DNA of 50,416 nucleotides from an uncultured Nitrososphaerota archaeon (GTDB lineage Archaea; Thermoproteota; Methanomethylicia; Methanomethylicales; Methanomethylicaceae). Shown piece after piece: positions 44,038-50,416 of the stretch; within the stretch, counting starts at the first letter, position 1; every line of letters starts with the position of its first letter. The notes beneath the pieces are model-generated. The model was not told the origin of the DNA and did not search any database. It saw only the letters and a program-made list of their open reading frames with translations. The translations under genes and the position numbers were made by a program. Location: positions 1-50,416 of the forward strand of contig CAZEMX010000003.1 in the NCBI GenBank assembly GCA_964513415.1, written 5' to 3'.

Positions 44038-44595
44038 TTGGGCCATAGTGATTCATACGATCTTGGCGAGGTGGACGGGCGCGTCCTTCAGATGATGGCG
44101 TCCAGCGCTGATACGAACTTCAGCTTCCAGGGCATCAAGAGGAGCCTGCAGGTGCATCAGGAGAAGCTATCGAGGAGCCTGAACCGGCTCTCCTCGCAGG
44201 GCCTGGTTGGCAAATTCGAGAGCGGCTACGCCATCACCAAGAAGGGCCTTAAGCTGATGGGCGTCTCCGAGTCCGCCCCCACAAAAACCGTTGTTGGGTC
44301 ATCCTATCTGCCGGGCGGTCTCGATGCGCCCGCCGTGGCAACCATGCTCAAGGGCAAGTGGTTCAGCGGAATGCGGTGGCTTGGCAGTTCGCCTATTGGT
44401 GAACACATTGACCTGAAATGGGTCACTGATGACGGTGAGATCCAGGTTCAGGTCAGGTTTGACAATGGCAAGTTCGAGGTCTCACTCATCTCCTTCCCCC
44501 CAAACGAGGAAGGCAGGGCCAGGGATGTCGCTACGAAGCTATTTGTTAAGATAGTGAACACACTCTACCAGAAGAAGCTGGGCAGCTTCAACTGA
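44038..44595 (+). CDS. winged-helix regulator-like protein with an unknown C-terminal domain
   Basis: FSFQGIKRSLQVHQEKLSRSLNRLSSQGLVGKFESGYAITKKG. TTG 44038 is preceded by GGGGGAG; the alternative ATG is at 44092. Confidence 0.55.
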   Translation: MGHSDSYDLGEVDGRVLQMMASSADTNFSFQGIKRSLQVHQEKLSRSLNRLSSQGLVGKFESGYAITKKGLKLMGVSESAPTKTVVGSSYLPGGLDAPAVATMLKGKWFSGMRWLGSSPIGEHIDLKWVTDDGEIQVQVRFDNGKFEVSLISFPPNEEGRARDVATKLFVKIVNTLYQKKLGSFN

Positions 44596-44616
44596 CCCTC
44601 CTCTTCTGTGACTCGG

Positions 44617-44623
44617 TTTTTTT
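44617..44623 (+). terminator. T7 tract after the wHTH gene
   Basis: CGGTTTTTTTAAG lies 22 nt after the TGA at 44593-44595. Confidence 0.45.
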
Positions 44624-44676
44624 AAGCCTCGTCAATAATATGTCTATTAGATGTTATTCCAAGTGTGGTGGATTGA

Positions 44677-45270
44677 ATGACAACCATTGTCGCGCTTAAA
44701 TGCGCCGACGGCGTCGTCCTTGCATCCGATAGGCGGGCAACCAAGGGCGGCATGATCGGCTCCAAAGGCGTAAAGAAGATCTATCCCATTGATGCCAAGA
44801 AGGCCGTGGCGATTGCCGGGCAGCTCTCCGATGCAAACTACCTCATCAACCTGGTGAAGGCCGAGGCCAAACTGATCGAGTTCGACAGGGGATTCCCGCT
44901 CACAGTCAAGGAGGTCGCCAAGATGCTCTCCAACATGCTCTACTCCGGGATGAGGAGCTATGCCCCATACATCACTGAGATGTTGGTGGCCGGCGTCGAC
45001 GAGACCGGCTCGCAGGTATTCGAGGCGGATATAAGCGGCGCCGTAACTGAGGAGAACTACACATCGTCCGGCTCGGGCTCGCCGATGGCATACGGCGTCC
45101 TGGAAGCCACATACCGCACAGGGCTATCGACAAATGAAGGCGCCGAGATCGCCGCGAAGGCGGTCAAGTCTGCAATGGAACGTGACCCCGGCTCGGGGAA
45201 CGGCGTCCAAGTCCTCAAAATCACGAAGAATGGCTCTGAACTGAAGGACATTGGAGGTGTTCCGCAATGA
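44677..45270 (+). CDS. psmB: 20S proteasome beta subunit, no propeptide beyond the initiator Met
   Basis: MTTIVALKCADGVVLASDRR...VKKIY (Thr1, Asp17 and Lys33 all present) and GSGSPMAYGVLE. An in-frame TGA at 44674-44676 excludes a longer N-terminus. Confidence 0.9.
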   Translation: MTTIVALKCADGVVLASDRRATKGGMIGSKGVKKIYPIDAKKAVAIAGQLSDANYLINLVKAEAKLIEFDRGFPLTVKEVAKMLSNMLYSGMRSYAPYITEMLVAGVDETGSQVFEADISGAVTEENYTSSGSGSPMAYGVLEATYRTGLSTNEGAEIAAKAVKSAMERDPGSGNGVQVLKITKNGSELKDIGGVPQ

Positions 45271-45965
45271 TGTCGCCTAGGGACGGAGAGTACGGGCGCG
45301 GCTACGTAATGTACACGCCTGACGGTCGGCTGCTCCAGGTAGAGTATGCCTCTGAGGCTGTGAAGTACGGCTCGCCTGTGGTCGCAATACGCGGGAAGGA
45401 CTTCGCCGTGATGGTTGCCCGGACCAAGGAGACCGACCCGCTCCTCGATTCGGTGGAGAAGATACACATGATCGACGAGAACATCGGGGCGGCTGGCGCA
45501 GGCTTTACTGGAGACATACACCTCCTCATAGATCAGGCCAGGGTCGAGACGCAGAGGCACCGGCTTGTCTTCGAGGACCCGATGGACGTCAAGAGCGTCG
45601 TGAACCATCTTGGCAAATTCATGTATGAGTTCACTAGGTATGGCGGCGTGAGGCCGCTTGGCGCAGCGCTGATCATGGTGGGCTCCGATCTTGTGGGCAA
45701 GCACCTCTACACGCTCGACCCCCGCGGTCTCATCCTGAGCGGAAAAGCGATGGCCATAGGCAGGAACAGCGAAGACGCGACCGAGGTGCTGAGGGTCGAA
45801 TACAAGCCGGACTTGACGATAAAGGGCGCAATAGACCTGGCCATGAAGGCGCTCTCCAAGGCGGAGGAGAGCAACAGCCCGGTCGAAGTGGGCATCGCAT
45901 ACGGCACCACCTTCAGGAAGATGAGCCTTGAGGAGGCAAACAAATTCGCGGACGACCCTCGATAA
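45267..45965 (+). CDS. psmA: 20S proteasome alpha subunit
   Basis: YGRGYVMYTPDGRLLQVEYASEAVKYG and GGVRPLGAALIMVG. The ATG overlaps the psmB stop (ATGA). Confidence 0.9.
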   Translation: MMSPRDGEYGRGYVMYTPDGRLLQVEYASEAVKYGSPVVAIRGKDFAVMVARTKETDPLLDSVEKIHMIDENIGAAGAGFTGDIHLLIDQARVETQRHRLVFEDPMDVKSVVNHLGKFMYEFTRYGGVRPLGAALIMVGSDLVGKHLYTLDPRGLILSGKAMAIGRNSEDATEVLRVEYKPDLTIKGAIDLAMKALSKAEESNSPVEVGIAYGTTFRKMSLEEANKFADDPR

Positions 45966-46024
45966 CCCCCTCTACTCTTCCCTTTTTCTTCTATTAAAAA
46001 AGTGAGGAAGAGGTCTGACCGCCT

Positions 46025-46450
46025 TCAGACGTCACACTTCTCTTCATGCTCCGGCTCTATCTTGACCCAGTCCGGCGGCGTTATGTTGTTCTTCTTCATG
46101 TAGTCCAGGATTGCTGCCTTCAAGCCATCCGCCGCCAAGTTGGAGCAGTGCATCTTGATCGGGGGCAACCCGTCGAGGGCATCGGCGACGTCCTGCCTCG
46201 TTATCCTCAACGCCTCATCGATCGTCTTCCCGATCGCGATCTCCGTTATCATGCTGCTGGTCGCGATGGCTGCGCCGCACCCAAATGTCTTGAACTTCAC
46301 ATCAACCAGCTTGTTGTCTTTGACCTTTATGAATATCCACATCAGGTCCCCGCAGACTGGGTTCCCTACCTTGCCAATTCCGTCTGCGTCCTTGATCTCT
46401 CCAACGTTTCTGGGGTGCCTGAAATGATCCATGACCTTCTGGCTATACAT
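46025..46450 (-). CDS. iscU: IscU/NifU-type Fe-S scaffold
   Basis: GNPVCGDLM, FGCGAAIATS and MHCSNLA ligand motifs. Confidence 0.9.
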   Translation of the reverse strand: MYSQKVMDHFRHPRNVGEIKDADGIGKVGNPVCGDLMWIFIKVKDNKLVDVKFKTFGCGAAIATSSMITEIAIGKTIDEALRITRQDVADALDGLPPIKMHCSNLAADGLKAAILDYMKKNNITPPDWVKIEPEHEEKCDV

Positions 46451-46451
46451 G

Positions 46452-47642
46452 TCATCTCACCTCTGGTGGTGCTATTGGAGACATCTCCCTCAGCCCTTTA
46501 ACTATATTGGGCAGCGCATCCGTGAGCCTTATGCCGTCTTCTTTGGTCGTCCTGCGGCCAAGGCTAATCAGCAAAGATCCCTGCGCCTCCGCGTGATCGA
46601 TTCCCATCGCTATGAGCACATGCGACGGCTCGAGCGTCTTCGAGCTGCACGCGGATCCGCTAGAGACCTCTATCCCCTCCATGTCAAGAGACAGCACCAG
46701 CGATTCCCCCTCTATGAAGCTGAACCGCAGGTTGACGTTGCCCGGCAGCCTCCTTGTCGGATGGCCGTTGAGGAATGAGTGCGGAATACTCTGCAGTACC
46801 CTGCTTATTATGCCGTCCCGAATCTCTGAGAGCCTCCTCCCTTCCGCCTCCATCTCTGCCTTGGCAAGCTCTGCCGCCATGCCCATGCCTACGATGCCGG
46901 CAACGTTCTCGGTCCCCGACCTCAGGCCGCCCTCCTGCCCTCCTCCTATGATCAAGGGCTCCATCCTGGTCCCCCTCTTCACATATAGCGCTCCGACGCC
47001 GTAAGGCCCTCCCATGTCCCCGGATGGTACCGTCATGAGGTCTATCCCCTCCCTTGCCGCGTCTATCGGAATCTTTCCCGCGGCCGCGGTGGCATCGGTG
47101 TGGAAGTATGCCCTCTTGGAATGGGCAATCTCAGCAATCTCCTTGATTGGCTGGATCGTTCCGACCTCGTTATTCGCATACATCACCGTCACGAGCACGG
47201 TCTTCTCAGTGACCGCCCTCCTAACCGCATCGACATCCACGATCCCTTGGCTGTCCACCGGGACATATGTTACCTCGAATCCGTTCTTTGAAAGGTACTT
47301 TAGCACATTCCTGACCGAGATGTGCTCTATCGCAGACGCGACTATGTGGTTCCCCCTTTCTCTGTTCCGGGTCGCCACGCCTCTGATCGCAGTGTTCGTC
47401 CCCTCGGTGGATCCCGACGTGAATATTATCTCCGCAGGGTGCTCTGCACCAATAAGCGACGCCACCTTCGCGCGCGCCCCTTCGAGCGCAGCCTTCATCT
47501 CCGAGCCCTTGGCGTGAGGCGAAGATGGATTACCGTACCGCTCCCTGAAGAACGGTAGCATCGCCTCAAGGACCCTTGGATCCATCGGCGAATAGGAAGC
47601 ATTATCCAGATAGCTCACTCTTTCTTGGGACATGATTTTCAC
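46452..47642 (-). CDS. iscS: IscS/NifS-like class V aminotransferase-fold protein lacking the PLP-binding lysine
   Basis: Full-length IscS similarity, including the Cys loop SSGSACSS. The PLP site reads DLMTVPSGDMGGPYGVGALYV against E. coli [21 protein letters not shown], so Lys is replaced by Asp. Confidence 0.85.
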   Translation of the reverse strand: MKIMSQERVSYLDNASYSPMDPRVLEAMLPFFRERYGNPSSPHAKGSEMKAALEGARAKVASLIGAEHPAEIIFTSGSTEGTNTAIRGVATRNRERGNHIVASAIEHISVRNVLKYLSKNGFEVTYVPVDSQGIVDVDAVRRAVTEKTVLVTVMYANNEVGTIQPIKEIAEIAHSKRAYFHTDATAAAGKIPIDAAREGIDLMTVPSGDMGGPYGVGALYVKRGTRMEPLIIGGGQEGGLRSGTENVAGIVGMGMAAELAKAEMEAEGRRLSEIRDGIISRVLQSIPHSFLNGHPTRRLPGNVNLRFSFIEGESLVLSLDMEGIEVSSGSACSSKTLEPSHVLIAMGIDHAEAQGSLLISLGRRTTKEDGIRLTDALPNIVKGLREMSPIAPPEVR

Positions 47643-47646
47643 TCCT

Positions 47647-48018
47647 TCAGAAGTACATTACCCCGTCAGAATCGACCACCAAGTCGTTGAGCGTTGCAGC
47701 TCCCGCAACCTTGACACGACCTTCCAGGTCCCCCTTCGGCATGTTCATAAGCTCACAGCTCTGCGCGCAAGCATACAGTTCAACGCCTGCCTCGACTGCT
47801 TGATCCATTACATCCTTAAGCGATGGAAAGCTGCCGATCTTGATCTTAGCCGCCTCCCCCTTCTTGATGACTGTTATCCCTCTGATCAGGAAATACACCG
47901 CCGCATCCATGTCCATCGCCTTTGCAGTCATGGCCAATATGAATGGGGCATAAAGCCTCTCAGGCGCCTCTATCCCTGATGTCTGGACATAAAGCATCTT
48001 CTTCCTGTTCGACATCAT
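47647..48018 (-). CDS. DsrE/DsrF-like sulfur-relay family protein (COG2044-type)
   Basis: About 123 aa: MLYVQTSG...PFILA...VYFLIRG...LYACAQSCEL. The start ATG 48018 overlaps the tusA stop; the 27-aa N-terminal extension in the track was rejected. Confidence 0.7.
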   Translation of the reverse strand: MMSNRKKMLYVQTSGIEAPERLYAPFILAMTAKAMDMDAAVYFLIRGITVIKKGEAAKIKIGSFPSLKDVMDQAVEAGVELYACAQSCELMNMPKGDLEGRVKVAGAATLNDLVVDSDGVMYF

Positions 48019-48242
48019 CTCATCCTCCTTATCCTTATCGTCAGCTCGCCCCCATCTCTTTGGGCGCTTATAACCTCGTGACCCGCCCTCTTCGCCCACC
48101 TCCTCAAATCCTCATCGGCCGCGGGATCATCTGCAATGATGACAAGCTCTTCGCCAATGCCCACGTTGGAAATCTCTTCCCTCGCCCTGAAGACTGGGAC
48201 TGGGCAATATAGCCCGCGAAGATCAAGCTCCATTCTGACCAC
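48015..48242 (-). CDS. tusA: TusA/SirA-like sulfurtransferase
   Basis: LDLRGLYCPVPVFRAREEI (CPxP motif) in 75 aa. The start is GTG 48242 or ATG 48233. Confidence 0.8.
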   Translation of the reverse strand: MVRMELDLRGLYCPVPVFRAREEISNVGIGEELVIIADDPAADEDLRRWAKRAGHEVISAQRDGGELTIRIRRMR

Positions 48243-48335
48243 TATTTGAGTTATTATGGCACAATTAGTTATACTATAAATGCTCCCCTAACTCTTATTT
48301 TTATTCAACATCCTGTCTGGAAGAGGCGCACCCCT

Positions 48336-49076
48336 GTGATCGATGTCCATGCCCACCTCGCTTCGGATGCTTATGCCGATATCGATGGCGTATTGGCCCG
48401 AGCCCGCGCCGCCGGCGTGAGAAAGATCATAATGTCCATAACTGACCCAAGGGAGTACCCTTTGGCGAGATCGATCGTTGATCGGCACCCCGGATATGTC
48501 TTCCTTACTATCGGCATAGACCCTTGCTGCATGGATCAGGGGCTGTTCGACAGGTTTGTCTTACTGGCATCATCGGTTCCGGCTGTTGGGATCGGCGAGG
48601 TCGGGCTCGACCATTTTTACATCAGGGACGATGCCCAGATGGCGTTGCAGGAAGAACGGTTCAGGGCTACCATATCGATAGCCAGGGGGCGGGGATTGCC
48701 TGTAGTCGTCCACTCGCGAAGTGCCGGCAAGAGGGCTTTGGCGATACTGCAATCCGAGGGGGCGGATAGGGTCTTGATGCACGCCTTCGACGGGAAGGCC
48801 GGCGACGCTCTTGACGCCTCTAAGAGGGGATACTACTTCTCAATCCCGACCTCGGTCGTCCACTCCGATCAGAAGAAGAAGCTGGTTCGACTGCTGCCGC
48901 TCGAATCCCTCATGCTCGAGACCGACTCGCCCGTTTTGGCTCCTGTAAGGGGCGAGACCAATGAGCCCGCCAATCTCGTCATGTCTGCAGATGCTATCTC
49001 CGCGATCAAGAGGATCCCTATTGAGGACGTGATCGCTGCAACAAGTTACAACGCAGCGTCACTCTTCCGGTTATGA
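48336..49076 (+). CDS. TatD-family metal-dependent hydrolase
   Basis: VIDVHAHL, GEVGLD, VVHSRSA, MHAFDG and ETDSP motifs. The start was set at GTG 48336; the track TTG 48246 would leave no promoter space opposite tusA. Confidence 0.85.
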   Translation: MIDVHAHLASDAYADIDGVLARARAAGVRKIIMSITDPREYPLARSIVDRHPGYVFLTIGIDPCCMDQGLFDRFVLLASSVPAVGIGEVGLDHFYIRDDAQMALQEERFRATISIARGRGLPVVVHSRSAGKRALAILQSEGADRVLMHAFDGKAGDALDASKRGYYFSIPTSVVHSDQKKKLVRLLPLESLMLETDSPVLAPVRGETNEPANLVMSADAISAIKRIPIEDVIAATSYNAASLFRL

Positions 49077-49106
49077 GCGCATTGCGTCTGCGGATGGATG
49101 CGATCG

Positions 49107-49133
49107 AAAAATAAGTAAAAAAGAAAAGAAAAA
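49107..49133 (-). terminator. oligo-T tracts (minus strand) after the AOR gene
   Basis: The plus strand reads AAAAATAAGTAAAAAAGAAAAGAAAAA, starting about 17 nt beyond the AOR stop. Confidence 0.5.
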
Positions 49134-49149
49134 GGCAGGCGCCCGCCGG

Positions 49150-50416
49150 TCATACGTTCAGGACGTCTGCAACGTCCGTCAAGCCCATCCTGACCAGCTT
49201 TTCCCTTGTTGGGATGCCTGTCTTCGGATCCCATCCCTTGAGGCCGTAGAATTCATCTAGCATCTTGTCGAGGGTCTTGGCGTCGGTGTACATCCCCTTG
49301 GATGGCCCTTCTGGGATCGGCTCCTCGAGGGTCCTCTTGGGAAGCGTGTCGTCTTTCCTGGTCATTCCTGCCCTGACGTTGAACGCCCTCTCGAGGTCCA
49401 GTATCCTCTCTGCGACATCCACGAGCTCGGCGAACGAGTACTCGAATCCCGTGACCGGGTTTATCATATCCGCGTACTTTGGCGTCAGCGTGAAGCCGAG
49501 CAGCCTCTCAAGGAAGTGGCACTGCACCAGGCTGTCGCCTATGGTGGTCATCTGCTGCGTCCCTATCACCCATGCAGGCTTCCCTTCCACCGCTTTACGA
49601 TCCGATGCGCCTGCATACTCCCCCGTGGGGCGCGCATCATGGTGGCTCCCTCCCCTTGTGGCAGTCGCATAGCCTAGCGCCATGCCTCTCAGCGCCCTGG
49701 CCGAGTGTCCTGGGAATTCAAGGCCCTTGGCCTGCATCGCATAGCGCTCCGAATCGCCGCCCACGATACGTGCTGCGCGGCGGGACCCTTCGGCCATCAG
49801 GTTGCCCAATCCCTGCCTCTTGGCGGTCTTCTCTATGTATGCTATCATCGCGTCGTCGTTGCCGAACTTGAAGTCGACGCCATCAGTCTTTTCCTTGGTG
49901 AGCAACCCATTATCGTACGCCTCCATTACCCAAGACGCAGTGACGCCGTAAGTTATTGTATCCATGCCCCATTCGTCGCAGCTTATGTCTCCCTGTATGA
50001 CTGCTCCCAGGTCCGCTATGCCGCACATCGAACCGAGCGAGTATAGCGTCTCGAACTCCGGTCCCTCGGACGTGGCGCCCTTCCACTTACCATCCTTCGC
50101 GCGGAAGACCTTGCTGCATGCGATCGGGCAGGCCGGGCAGCCCGTATCCTTCAGCCAGTAGTCCCTCTTCAGCCGCTCGCCAGAGATCAGCTCCCACTTC
50201 TCGAACCATTCTGTTCTATGGTTATACGACCCCATTGCGCCCAGCATCTTGCCGATGCTAGCAACCAGCGCTGGAGTGCCGTAAGTCGGCATACCCGTCG
50301 AAAGTGCTGGTACCTTCTTCACCTCAACGGCATACCAGTCCATCCACTTCTGGAACCTATCACGATCCGCTACATCGTTAGTTCCTGTGCCCCTGACCGC
50401 TATCGCCTTGAGGTTC
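49150..50416 (-). CDS. aor: tungsten/molybdenum aldehyde:ferredoxin oxidoreductase (AOR family), 5' end outside the window
   Basis: The frame stays open to the window edge (NLKAIAVRGTGTNDV... precedes the first Met). Motifs: CPACPIACSK, EGPEFETLYSLGSMCG. Confidence 0.9.
   Translation of the reverse strand, partial: NLKAIAVRGTGTNDVADRDRFQKWMDWYAVEVKKVPALSTGMPTYGTPALVASIGKMLGAMGSYNHRTEWFEKWELISGERLKRDYWLKDTGCPACPIACSKVFRAKDGKWKGATSEGPEFETLYSLGSMCGIADLGAVIQGDISCDEWGMDTITYGVTASWVMEAYDNGLLTKEKTDGVDFKFGNDDAMIAYIEKTAKRQGLGNLMAEGSRRAARIVGGDSERYAMQAKGLEFPGHSARALRGMALGYATATRGGSHHDARPTGEYAGASDRKAVEGKPAWVIGTQQMTTIGDSLVQCHFLERLLGFTLTPKYADMINPVTGFEYSFAELVDVAERILDLERAFNVRAGMTRKDDTLPKRTLEEPIPEGPSKGMYTDAKTLDKMLDEFYGLKGWDPKTGIPTREKLVRMGLTDVADVLNV

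Noticed and set aside
1-50416. Window-wide look for CRISPR arrays, IS elements, integrases, prophage genes, rRNA and classical defence genes.
   Set aside because: No intergenic gap exceeds about 290 nt. I saw no periodic 25-40-nt repeats and no transposase-, integrase-, Cas- or restriction-like proteins in the ORF track. This was a manual inspection only; a repeat finder and HMM scan would be the definitive test.

Overview
Dense, almost fully coding 50.4-kb chromosomal segment that reads as archaeal, probably Euryarchaeota/Thermoplasmatota-like; lineage is not assignable from sequence alone. GC looks well above 50% by eye but was not computed.

Archaeal hallmarks:
- 20S proteasome beta and alpha subunits, and a PAC2-type chaperone with an HbYX tail
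- deoxyhypusine synthase, Elp3, a GPN-loop GTPase and three Lrp/AsnC regulators
- a LysW-type lysX/argC/lysZ/lysJ/lysK operon
- aldehyde:ferredoxin oxidoreductase and a NifB-like radical SAM protein
- TATA-like boxes 25-50 nt upstream of starts, many 1-4 nt gene overlaps, and oligo-T terminators

I saw no rRNA or tRNA genes, CRISPR array, transposase, integrase or recognisable defence island. Most long ORFs antisense to the called genes are high-GC artefacts.

Best leads, all needing profile searches I cannot run:
1. A translationally coupled tusA-dsrE-iscS-iscU operon whose IscS homolog has Asp in place of the PLP lysine.
2. An acyl-CoA synthetase fused to a CBS pair, divergent from a wHTH-CBS regulator across a very AT-rich spacer.
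3. A co-directional RNA/tRNA-modification gene string: Trm9-like, Elp3, PIN-ATPase-KH, Trm5-like and an orphan LarE-like PP-loop sulfur-insertase.
4. A beta-then-alpha proteasome operon with a propeptide-less beta subunit.
5. A PaaK-like ligase interrupted by a -1 frameshift and coupled to an unlisted 55-aa membrane ORF and an SSF transporter.
6. A stand-alone HARP/DUF5710-like protein.

Several start codons in the ORF track were moved to better-supported downstream starts.
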